A stretch of 63,909 bases of DNA, the filler included, from Hyphochytrium catenoides (taxonomy: Eukaryota; Protista; Hyphochytriomycota): the NCBI GenBank assembly GCA_900088475.1. It is 11 parts of 11 records of this genome, joined end to end, with 100 filler letters (N's around TTAATTAATTAA, not from the genome) between each part and the next. Parts side by side here need not be neighbours in the genome. Positions count along the whole stretch, not along the records: positions 1 to 7,932 come from FLMG01004294.1; positions 8,033 to 15,408 come from FLMG01002297.1; 9 more parts are not named here. One strand, 5' to 3'. The translations under genes were made by a program, and so were the position numbers. Shown in pieces: positions 1-11,704 of this stretch. The notes under the pieces were generated by a model that was not told the DNA's origin, ran no database searches, and was given only the letters and a program-made list of their open reading frames with translations. Positions within the stretch are counted from its first letter, which is position 1; every line of letters starts with the position of its first letter.

Positions 1-974
1 TCTCGTTCCCGCCTTCCGCTTGGGGAGCGAGAGAAAAAGAGAGAGAGAGGAAAATAGTCAATAGAAGAGACTCATAAAGATATAAAGAGCAGAGAGGATA
101 ACTAAAGAGAGGGGGAGAGAGCGCTGATAGATAGACTCCTACCAAGACTAAAGAGAAGAGAGAGAGAGAGAGAAGAGAGCGAAGGAGAGAGACACAGAAG
201 GACTTTCAAAGATAGAGCAAGTGGGACGACAGGAAGATATCCACCAGACAGAGAGCACAATGCGTGCAAATAGAGGTCCAGGCAGGCCAGAGTGACAAGA
301 GGAGGGAGTGTTTGTCGATCTGGGATCTTACAAAGAGAAGAGAAGGCCACGGAAGAGATGCCTGACGCGTGCAGATTGGGCAGCTCTCCTGTCTTGCTGA
401 CAGAACGCAGATCCCAAAACTTTAGGGATCCATCCTGGCGAGCAGAGAGAGAGAGAGAGAGAGAGATGAGAGAGAGAGACCAATAAGGAAGGGGAACCCT
501 AGGACCGAAGAGTTGGAAGGAGATGAACCTATCACTATCTGATGGACCTCGAGTCCAGTCTTCTCTCTCTCTCTTTCTCCCGTTGCCTCTCTCGCTCTCT
601 GTGGCTCTATCTTTTTCTCTTTTCTCTCTCTCTCTCCTTTTTTCTGTCAGCGTGCCTACTCGCATCCCACCTGATGCCCTGTGACCACTCGGTCTGCATC
701 ACTGACGTCTATCGAGTTACATGTAGAGGCGCAGCCGAGAGTCTTGCTACCTGTAAGGATGCATAGCAGATACGACAAAGTGCAGCGCCTTGGTCAGAAA
801 GAGGTACGGGCTATGACGAGGGTAGCAGTCGCCTAGGGGATAACAGCTTGCAAGGAGTGAAAGCTGTACTGAGAAGATCTCTAGCATACGCGAAAGCCGG
901 GTGGAAGGTTAGGCTCAGGCCGCGAGTCAAGTCATTCCAAAATGAGGTTAGGAAGGGCGTAGAGAGTGAGAACC

Positions 975-1013
<39 letters not shown>

Positions 1014-4000
1014 NNNNNNNNNNNNNNNNNNNNATGTGCTCACAGTAGCCTCTGCCAAGGTCCCAGATCTTCACGGTACGATCTGTGCTGCCTGTCAACT
1101 GAAGGGATGAGGACAGCAGGTAAGAAAAGCATCCACATTTTCGGAAAGAGAGATGACCAAGCAACAGAAGAGGAGTTCCAGAGACAGGCAGTGAAGTGAT
1201 CACCACCTCGAAAGCGCTGTAGCAAGCGAACTGAACAGGAATAGAGTTAGGAAGTAGAATGTCATCTCTCTTTCTCTCTCGCACTCTCTCTCTCTCTCTC
1301 TCTCCACTCCTCCCTCTCTATTTTGGCCCTTGTGTGCCCTAAATGAAGGTGTCTCTCCAAGGTCTATCGTGCCCTATGCCCTTGATTCTTTCGTCCTGAA
1401 CGAAGACCAAAGAAGGAGCTTCAGGGGGAATGGAGACAATAAGAGGCTTCATACCGCCGAAGCTCCGTCAGGATTGAGCCGACAGGAGTATATCTTCCCT
1501 CCATGGCCGGTGAGAGTATGCTAGTAAGAAAGAGAGAGAGGGCGAGAGAGGAACAAGAGGGGAAGAGTAAGCGAGTGTCCAAGGTGAAGAGCGAGGCTCC
1601 ATTGAGGCAACCAATTTCTATGAGACAGAAGCACAACCTGCGAAGAATAGGAAGAGCTCTCTGACGAAAAGGACAAAAAGTTACAGAAGAGAGCGAAGCC
1701 CTAGCACCCTCTCAGTTACGAAGGGCGACAGAGCACGCCCCGATCGTGTTCAGTACGGAAGACAGCGTCAGAGAGCTGTTTGGAACACTAAGAAGAGGTA
1801 AGCTATCAGGGAGTACCCTGAGAGAGAAGAGACTGAAACAGAGACGTTAGAGAGTTAAACAGAGACGAAGAGCAATGGAGGAAAGGAGTTGACAGCGTGA
1901 GCAAGAGGCCGGTTGGTGGTATTGAGAGCTGATAGAAGGAAGTGATCAATAGAGAAGCTCATGATAACAGCACGCAAGAGGCCTGCACCTTTATTCGCTG
2001 AGAAGAGAGAGTCCAGACCCTACACGCTCTGTCATTGCTTCCTCCAAGCGCAATTTCTCCGTTTCGACTAACATCCAATGCCATAACAGCCTGTGTGGAC
2101 CCTCTTAGGATGCAGACGGCCTGACCTGGGCAAGAGGTATAAAAGGAAAACAGAGGAGAGCAGGAGAGAGGGAGAAGCAGTAGTAAATATCATGCACAGA
2201 CAAGAACATCACGGAAGAAGAGTCGTAGCTGAGCAGAGGCTACTCAATAGAAAAAAGTGCCGAGAAGAGAAGGTGAGAGGACAAGTGAGACAACATCGTT
2301 ATCTATGGAGATACCCAGGCAGATTCCGCCTCCCAATCGAGACAGAGTAGACTAGTTCCTCGCTTGGAGGCCCAGGGTTAGGCAGAACTATAGCGGGAGG
2401 CTTTGAAGGAGAACGCGCAATGAAAAGAGAGCAAGAAAGAAATGAAGCACGTCTCCTTGGCACCTGTATCGGACTGCGTTACTCGAATGGTGTTGTCGCT
2501 GCTTCCCTAAGATGACGGCCATTGCCAAACATGCTAAGTCTTTCGGTCCCGTTCCTTTTCAATCCTAGTCTTTGGAGCTTTTCCCTCATCCGTGTGTCTT
2601 CTCCTAGTAGCCCAGACTTCTATCGTCCCATCACGGAGTTGAATGCCTTTCAGCGCATCCACTGTCTCTCATATGCTGAACTGCTCAGTCTTTGTATCCT
2701 CCTTCCAAACCATATCTACTGATATCTGGCCTCCCCCCATCTTCTCTCTCTCTCTTTCTTTCTCTCTCTCTCTCCCCTCCCTCTCCTCTTACCGTCAATA
2801 GCAAGCCGCTAGCCGAATAAGCAACACAGTTAATCTCTGTGGGATGTGCCCGCTGACAACGTGAAGAGCATCGTAAATGGTCGTCTAAGAACGAATTGAC
2901 CGGAGAAGAAGAGCCGACAAAGACGCCGCGCAGCCCGTGCCCTAAGCCTATCCTCCGCCTTCACACCTCCATTGTCCATCGCAGCCATCTTGCTCTCCTT
3001 CCTCCTGTTCACCCCACTCACATCCTTCTTAAACAGTTGGCCTTGAACCCAACCTGCTGCCTCTCGTACCTGAACGTTCTTGGCACTTGACGGCGGTGGA
3101 GTCCCTAAGCTTGAGCGTCGCCTAAGATAATGTCACGGGGAATATAGGACATCAGCTATCGCTCAGATTAGAATAGACGGTAAGGAAGGAGAAAGATAAG
3201 ACGAAGAGTCAGGAGAGATGGGTGAACCGAAGCCAAAGGGTTGTCTGAGTCCATCTCCACACTAAGATTAGGCATCCAACAAAAGAAGGTGCCCAAGTAT
3301 GGATGCCGGGAGTCCAGGCAGAACTAGTCGTTGGCACGTTGTAGAGGAAAGAATCCCCTTCAAGCGTCAGCAGAGGATGAAGCTGCGGGGAACAAAAGCA
3401 GCCAGGCAGCTGCCAAGAAGAAGAAGTTTTAAAGAGAGGAGAAGGAATGAACTCGGCCTTGGAGCCCAATACCTGGCTTCTTCAGCCTTGATCGGGTCTA
3501 CGATAGGTAGAGGCTCTGAGTGCTTGTGCTCCTACTCAAAAGCAACACGGTCAACAAAGGAAGACTTCTTGTCTTCCAACCATGACGGAAAGGTTGGCCA
3601 CTCTTTCTTAGTTCTTTCTCTTCATTTTTTGCTTTTGCGTCCTTGTGTCTTCCGGTCTTTCTCTAAGGCCATTCCCCTTTATTGTTATTGTGACCAACTT
3701 CTCCTCATTTTAATTTTCTTTATTGTGGCTCTGCCCACCTGAGCTGCGGCCAGCAATGCCTTGGTTCTGTTGAGCTCCTCGACAAGTTGGTTCATCTCTT
3801 CCACCAGCTGACTTTTCACCTCCAGCAGCTGCTGCACTAAGGAACGATTTTGTGCTGAAAGCTCCCGATTGGCCGCTTCCGTCTGCTCTAGGAGGTCCTG
3901 CGACAGGAGAGAGAGACGATTCAAGTAGAAAACAGCAAGCAGACAAAGGATGAGAAAGTTGATATTGGTGGCTGGCCGGGTTCGTTAAAAAATGGGGAGA

Positions 4001-4853
4001 GGAGATAGAGACAGAGACAAAGGAAAGATACAGAAATATGACGGAGACCAGAAAGAAGAGAGATAGCGAAAGAGCGAGCTCCCACAGGCCACAGACGAGA
4101 GAGAAAGAGGAGAAGAGAGATTGAAATAGGTTGACAGAAGAGGGAATAGGGCACGAGAGGGACGGTACAGGAGCCACCAGCTGCCCGAAGACGTGGACCG
4201 AGGAGGGAACGAAGAAAGGAAGATGAGGGTATCGTGGAGAGACAAGAAGATGCCTAAACGTTGAGGTCAGGGAAGACAAGGGCAAGAGACACGAAAGGGA
4301 GGAGGTTTCGGTCTGCTTACTCTGAACTTGTCAAGTTCTCTTCTGACAAGTTCTAAGTCACTCTGCGCCTGTGAGGCATCCTGACGGGCCTTCTCTTCCT
4401 TCTCCTTCCACTCTTGCACCTGCTCCTCAGCCGTACAAAGCCTGAAGCGTGCATAGGGAGAGTAAGGAAGGTAGTAAGAGAGGGAAAGATTGTCACAAGA
4501 AGGGGAGGAAGAGCGATTCCTAATCTGCTAATTAGGAAGACGGACCAGAGAGAGAGAGACAGAGAGAGGGACGTAAATATCCTCACTCTCTCTGTCTTTG
4601 TATGCTGCACTTTTTTATCTTGCAAAGTCTACTGGGTCCTTCTTCTCTCTTCTCTCCCTCGCTCTCTCCCCTTCTCAAACACTTTCTCTCTACATTTTCT
4701 AAACGCTCCGTCTCTCTCTTTCCATCTATATCTCTGTTTGCTTGCGTATGGCACACCTTGATCTTAGAGTTTGGACTTCCTTGCCGAGATCCTGTGCCTC
4801 AGCCGTGAGATGGAGCTGCGCCTCGGCGCTGTTGGCTTGGGCGCGGTNNNNNN

Positions 4854-4893
<40 letters not shown>

Positions 4894-5740
4894 GAGGAAA
4901 CTAGTTAGAGAGAGCTCAGTATTCTAAGTCGCAAACCCCTCTGTCCCTGTGGCGTTTCCTCTACTCTTATTATGTGTCTCTTCGCTGTAAATGTCACCTA
5001 CTTCCCCTCTTCTCTCCCTTGCCCTCCCGCTCACTGTTTCCCTCTCTTTCTCCCCGCACTCTCTCTCTCTGTCTCCAGCTCTCTCTTTCTCTCTCTTTCT
5101 CTCTCTTTCTCTCTCTCCTTAGCTACTGCCTGGCTGCCATCCTCTTACCCTGGCTCTCCCTTGGCTCCGGTGGCTCCCTGATGTCTCAGAATGATGTTCT
5201 CTTTGTCCAGCTGCTGGCATCTGCGCTCTGTCAAGTCAATCTGCTGAAGGAGGAGAGAGTCTGCCCATCCGAACGTGAGAGATGAGAGAAACAATATGAT
5301 TATAGAGTAATGCGCCATTATATAAACAAGTGGAAGAGGTAGAAATCTGCGGGAGAGAGAAAGACGACAAAGAGGGAGCGGAGAGAGAGAGAGAGAGAGA
5401 GAGAGATGAGAGAGAGATGAGAGAGAGAGAAGAGAGAGACACACACAGGGAGAGAGAGAGAGAGAGGAAGAGAGATAGACAGATAAAAAGAGAGAGAGAG
5501 GGAAAGAAAGAGAAAGACTGCACTTGGGAGAACATCTTGTCTTTTATCCTTTTTCCCTCTCTCACCCTCTCTCCCACACAGGGTCTCTTCTTCTCTCTGT
5601 CTGTCTTTCTCCCCTCTCTTTCCGTCTGCGTCCTCTTCCTTTCCAAAGCTCTTACATTCGGAGATCAGTTCCTCAAAAGGCTCCACCTGGAGCTTGTTCC
5701 TCCTGTCCAGAGCTTCTGCAACTGCCCGTCTCCAAGTCAT
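1..5740 (-). CDS. ATG16: Autophagy protein ATG16 (ATG5-binding helix, coiled coil, C-terminal WD40 repeats); multi-exon, 3' end runs off window
   Basis: Exon 1 5740-5656 MTWRRAVAEALDRRNKLQVEPFEELISE; coiled-coil exons (DLLEQTEAANRELSAQNRSLVQQLLEVKSQLVEEMN); phase-compatible WD40 exons AHPTEINCVAYSASGLLLT|GSSDNTIRV, LRGSTQAVMALDVSRNGEIALGGSNDRACRVW, HTLTGHGGKIYSCRLNPDG, LTGSTDRTVKIWDLGRGY, VTGHQ|DGSLKFWDLRS. Confidence 0.9.
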
Positions 5741-6444
5741 CCTGGGCCTTTTTCCTCTTTAGCTTTCAGAGTTAGCAGACTGGCTCCCTCTCGCGAACTC
5801 TCTCTCCTGTGTCTGTTTCTCTCTCTCCTTTTCCAATCGTTCTTCTTTGCACTTGAGCTGCCTGAGGCCGCTGTGGAGACTTCTTATGAGCCGGAGAAAA
5901 GATCAGATGCCCGCCAACTCCGCGAAGCCAAGGATAGCAAGTATTCGGGACCAGAGGGAGAAGGGACCTGAGCAGCACAGGCACCACACGGCGAAAGGTC
6001 AACAGGGACAAGGAGAGAGAAGAGCAAGAACAGAGAGTATGGACGAGAGAGAGAGAGANNNNNNNNNNNNNNNNNNNNGAGAGAGAAATAAAGAGAGAGA
6101 GAGAGAGAGAGAGAGCAGACTAGGAGAGACGAGAGAGAAAGAAGAAAATGCAGCAGCGGAGCTTCAAAGCATCATCAGAACAAGTGCTGCTACACAAACT
6201 TCCAAAATTCACATTGTTGCATCCATAATTCACACCTAACACTAAACTAACAACATTATTGACAATCATATTTCGAGCTTTGTGCAGCTCTTTGTGCATG
6301 GTGAGTTTCGGTTGTAAATTCACTAGTTATGTTAATATTAGTGAAATATAGGCGCAGGATTGTGAAAAAAGACCTCGGGAAGCTTCAACATCCGTCTCGG
6401 CCGCTCCTCGCCCAGCTCCGCGTAAGAAGATCTCTCGGCCTTTG

Positions 6445-7580
6445 TTAGGCCTTGTTGATCAGCGGGTGAGTCTCTCCCTCAGTGCCGTCCTTCTGGTCTG
6501 GCTTCCTGCTGGAGGGCAGGCAGCTCTTCACTTTCTCCATGATCCAACCCAAGAGGTTGGCCACGATATCCTTGCCTAAGGTCTTCTCCCTCTTATGCAG
6601 CCTCGAGCGCCGCAAGCTGCCAAACTCGTCAAAGCTTGAGACGATGGTCAGATGGATGGCGATAACTGCTGCAGATATGGAGGCAGTGCAGATCAGCAAC
6701 ATGATCATAATCTGGTATAAGGCGGCCTGCTCGGGAGGATTTCCACCTAAGATCTGTCCCGTCATCATCCCGGGAATGGAGACCAAACCGATGACACAAA
6801 GCGTATTCAAGGTAGGCATAATGGCTGTCTGCATGCTCTTCACGAAGACCGGCGAGCAAGCTTCCCAGCGCGTGGCGCCATGTGCGATGTAGAGCTCTAT
6901 CTTAGCATATCCCTCTGCAAGCTCTGTGACAGCGATATTCATGGAGAGAGTGACGCTGTTCAGAGTGTTGCCCAGAATCATGCCGGAGAGAGGGATGAGA
7001 TACTGAGCTTCCCACCAGGGAGACACCTGACCGCAACGAGACAAGAAGAGTTAGAGAGATCTCTGCTTCCTCATCCTCCAAAGAGCTTCCGCCTTGAGCA
7101 ACTCGCTCTCTCTCATGTTCCGTTGCTATAGTTATCTCGCTCTCTCGTGTTCCTCTGGTCTCTCTTTCTTCTCACTCTTCTCCGTCTCCTCTTCTTTCTC
7201 TCACACTTTTCTCCCGGTAAGCCCTGTCTTCGTTGCTCCCTTTTACCCTTCTCTCTATAAGTCTCTTCTGTTCCGAGGGTGTGATGGTGGTGCTTCTATT
7301 GAAGTGACCTTCTTCTTCTCATCAACCGGCTTGGCTTTCATCCATCCTTCATAACTTTCTCTCGTTCTTCCGCAGATCGTCTCTGTCAGGTTCTTCGTCG
7401 CTTTCTTCTCACCTGAATGATGAGGAGCATGGCGTAGATCATCACCGAAGAAGCTGCTGCTGAAAGAGCGGTGAACATGTTGAGGAACATTCCAGGGTAG
7501 TCGTACTTGGGCCGATTATATGCTGTCTGGGTAGCCACAGTCATCATAAACAGAGTGTACCCGATAACCTAGTAGGAGAG

Positions 7581-7620
<40 letters not shown>

Positions 7621-7932
7621 GAGAATCGAGAGAAGAGCAGAAAGAGGAAGGAGATGAGATGAGGAACTAGCATTGTTCTCAACTAGCCTGCGGTGATTTT
7701 CCTCCCCGTACTCGACCTTGTTAGACAGAATTCAACTCCTCTCTTAAGTGATCCCTTTCGCGCGAACTTTCTCTTTTCTCTCTCTACCTCCACAAAGGCA
7801 TTTCTATGAGTCTCTAGTACTTCCGTGATGGAACTCCTCTCGCTTCTCACCAAGATGGCCGCATCATTCTCAAAGATGGGCTTTAGGATGTACCCTAAGA
7901 GCAGCAACTGCACCGTGCTCCGTACAAAGCCC
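6445..7932 (-). CDS. UPF0014/FetB (YbbM, STAR2/ALS3-like) ABC-type metal-export permease; 5' truncated by contig end
   Basis: Exons ~7932-7851 (RSTVQLLLLGYILKPIF), ~7570-7413, ~7027-6445 (YLIPLSGMILGNTLNS...GATRWEA...GLVSIPGMMTGQILGGNPPEQAALYQIMIM), matching family motifs. Confidence 0.9.
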
Positions 7933-8032
7933 NNNNNNNNNNNNNNNNNNNNNNNNNNNNNNNNNNNNNNNNNNNNTTAATTAATTAANNNNNNNNNNNN
8001 NNNNNNNNNNNNNNNNNNNNNNNNNNNNNNNN
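7933..8032. other. Artificial contig linker (44N-TTAATTAATTAA-44N); same at 15409, 29159, 40302, 44276, 49691, 57127, 58557, 61488, 62808
   Basis: Identical 100-nt spacer with stop codons in all six frames, recurring 10 times. Confidence 0.98.
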
Positions 8033-8260
8033 TCTCTCTCTCTCTCTCTCTCCTCGCCTCTTCTCTTTCTGTTTTCTGCTGTTGGTACTGTCGACTCATT
8101 CTCTCTTTGATCTCTCAGCTTGGTCACGACGTAGAGGCGGACACTCAGGCCTGGGGACCTTGGAAGGCATCACAATCTTCCTGCAAGAGAGAACGTGGCA
8201 AAGAGTACAGAGCAAGAGAGAGAGAGACTCTGCTGACGCTAGGATACTAAGAGAGGAGCC

Positions 8261-9084
8261 ATGCTCTCTCCATCCTTTCTCTTCCACACCGACACAGAGA
8301 TCCCAGCCAAGCTGGCTTGCATCGGGACCTGTAAGTGGAACAGAGCCACTCTCTCTTCTCTCCTCTTAATCTCTCTCTCTCTCTCTCTTGGAGATTTTCT
8401 GCCTTTCTCCACTTAAGTGTTGTTCCCTCTTCCATTCTTCCTCGATGTCTCTCTTCTTCCTTTTTTCGTGGCTCTTCCTTGCTGTGTCTCTTACGCTTTC
8501 CCTCTCACTCTCTCTTCAGTTCGTCTTTCTCTCTTTCTATCCCTTCTTCCGCTTCTCTATTCCATCTCACCTCTCGTCCCTCCCTTCGTCGCTTTCTACC
8601 TCTCTCTCTTGCTATTTACTAATCTTCTTTCTCTCTCTGTCTCCCTCTCTCTCTGTCTCCCTCCCTCTGTGATTCGCTTCTGACCTGGTATCTCCCTTCT
8701 ATCTCTCTCTTTTTAAACGGTTTCGCTGCTCTTTCTTTTCTCTCTCTCTCTCTCGCTCCTCCCCTTCTCATCATCTACTTTCTCTGTTCTCTCTCTTTCC
8801 CCGTCTCTCCCTTTCCTTTCCTCTCTTTGCTNNNNNNNNNNNNNNNNNNNNNNNNNNNNNNNNNNNNNNNNNNNNNNNNNNNNNNNNNNNNNNNNNNNNN
8901 NNNNCTCACAGACGATGGCAAGCATCCTTCTCTCACAGCAGCGACGACAGGAAACAAGATTTTCATCCACAGCCCGCACGAGAGAGACGAGGAGTCCAAC
9001 CACCAAGTCCGCTATCTTAATATTAACAGAACCATCACCGCTCTCTCCGCGGGGAGACTCGAACCGGCACTCAACCATGATGTA

Positions 9085-9115
<31 letters not shown>

Positions 9116-9226
9116 CTGGAAAGAGAGAAAGAGAGTTGGAGAGATCGAAGCAGAGAGAGAAGAGGAATAGAAAAAAACTGGCCGAGAGAGAGAGAGGGAC
9201 AAGGGATAGAAAGCGAGGGAGGGAAC

Positions 9227-9281
<55 letters not shown>

Positions 9282-9792
9282 AGAGGTAAAGAGTCGACGA
9301 CGAGAGAAATGTGAAAGAGAGAAAAAAAGGAGCAAGGAGAGTTGAAAGGGTGAAGAAAGATGAAACAAAGAAAAAGCAATCCAGCATTCCCAGATTCTCG
9401 TTATTCTAACACCTTTTGTCACTCCTGCATGCTCTCTCTTTCCCTCTCGCTCTCAACCCTCCTCTTTCTTTCTCTCTCTATCCCCCTCTTTCTTTCTCTC
9501 CCTCTCTCTCTCGTTCCTTCCCCTCTCTCTCTCTCGTGCTCTCTCTCTTCTCCCCTTCTTTCTCTTGATCTCTCTCCTGACGGTCTCTTACTTTCTCTCT
9601 CTCTCTTGGGCGCACATCAATTTTCTTCTCTCTTTCTCTCTCTTTCTAGGTTCTCCTGGTGGGCTCGGACACTAACTTTATGGCTTACGACGTGGAAAAG
9701 AACAGCGATCTTTTCTATAAAGAAGTGCAAGACGGCGTTCTCTCTATTGCCTTTCAAGGGGAAGAGAGAGACGGAGAGTCTCTCTCTCCNNN

Positions 9793-9849
<57 letters not shown>

Positions 9850-10164
9850 AAAGAGGGATATAGAATAGAAAGGAGATAGGGTGAACGAGAGCGACAGAGC
9901 TAATAGGAGAAATTGCTGTGAGATATGAGAGAGATGTCGAGGGGTCCTGACTAAGAGAGAAAGAGTTCTATAGGGAGAGAGAGAGAGGTAGAGAGAGAGA
10001 GATAGATAGATAGATATAGAGAGAAAACGGACACATGGAATCCACAGTCTGTAAATTGGCTCCCTTTACATACACCGCACCCTCTCTTTCCATGCTCTCA
10101 CTCTCTCTCTCTGTCTCTTCCCACTTCCTTTCTCTCTCCATTATTTCCTATGTACACACACATA

Positions 10165-10195
<31 letters not shown>

Positions 10196-11670
10196 ACTCT
10201 TTTTGATTTCGTAGCTGTGATGGACATCAATGGAGACAACAAGGCGGAGCTCCTGACGGGATCCAAGGATTATGCCATCAGAGCTTATCAACAGGTAAGA
10301 GAGAGAACATGCCAGGAGAGAGAGACGGAAAGAGAGAAACAAAGAGAGAGAGAGTGAGAGAGAGAGAGATGTGAAGGAAATGAGAAAGTTGGGATTATTG
10401 AGAAGAGGAAGACAGAGAACGAGAAGCAGTTGACACACAAAAAAGGAGAACAGAAATGAATTAGAGCGAGAGTCAGAGTGAAGAGAGGGCGAGACGGAGA
10501 TAGAGGGAGAGAAAAGGAGGTAGAACGCGAGACAGGAAAAGAGAGACAGAGAAAGAGAGAAGAGAGAGACTCTCGAAAGAGAGAGGAGAGGCGGAATCTG
10601 AGTCTCTCTCTCTCACCTTTGTGTCTTTTCTTTTTGTCTCTCTTGTCTTTCTTCCTCTCTTTTCCTTTCTTTCTCTTCTCTTCCCTGCACCCTCTCTTTC
10701 TCCTCTCTCTCTCCGTCCTCTCTCTTCCTCCCCTCTTCTCCTGTTCACGCTTTCTCTCCTGAGCAGGAAGACTCGATCCTTGAGATGACGGAAACCGATG
10801 GTGTTTCTTTCCTGACGCCGCTTCAAGGGCAGAAGTTTGCTTACGCACTAGGTAAGAGAGAGAGAGAGGAGAAGAAAAAGGAAAAGAGGAGAGCAGAAAA
10901 AAGAGAGAGAGAGAGAGACAGAGCGAGAGACAGAGCATCAAACTATGATCAGGATACGAAAGGGAACGCCGTGGCTCCGGCACGCTATCCAGCGTGTTCA
11001 AGAGAGTTATTCTCTCTCTTTCTCTCTCTCTTCTCTCTCTCTCTCTCTTCTGTCTCTCTTCTCTTCGTCCTCTTTGTCGCGCACACCTACACTTCTCTCT
11101 CCACTTTCTATACCTCTTTCCTTCCCGTGCCTCCGTTTCCTTCTTCCCTTTCTCTCCACTCGTTTCTCTGTCTCTCACTTTCCCCCATCCCATATGCCCT
11201 CTGAGTGTGTGTGCGTGTCTCTCTCTCTCTGCCGACCCCCAACCCAACTACTTCCTGCTTCTCGGTGCCTCTCTCTCTCTCATCAGCAGCTCACCTCCTT
11301 CTCGTCTTCCTGCTTCTCTCTCGCTCTCTTCTTTCTTCCTTCTCTCTCCTTCTTCCTTCCTCTTCTCTTCATTTTATCATCACTCTCACCTCAACTTCTT
11401 CCTGGTTGCTTCCCTTCTCTTCTCTTTTAATTTTCTCTCTCTCTCTCTNNNNNNNNNNNNNNNNNNNNNNNNNNNNNNNNNNNNNNNNNNNNNNNNNNNN
11501 NNNNNCTCTCTCTCCCCTCCCCTCCCCCCCTCTCTCTCTCTAGACAATGGCACGGTGGGTGTGTACAATAAGTCACGGCGCATTTGGCGCGTGAAGGCGA
11601 AGCACACAGTCAGCGCCTTGAGCACCTTCGACATCGATGATGACGGAGTCCCAGAACTCATATCAGGTAA

Positions 11671-11704
<34 letters not shown>

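Noticed and set aside
1321-3600. Suspected insertion inside ATG16
   Set aside because: Contains genuine in-phase WD40 exons of ATG16
7977-7988. Recurrent TTAATTAATTAA as a biological repeat
   Set aside because: Always flanked by 44 Ns on each side; an artificial linker
9750-9792. Apparent non-canonical GG donor in BBS2 exon 3
   Set aside because: The frame continues ([14 protein letters not shown]) into an N gap, so the donor is simply unsequenced
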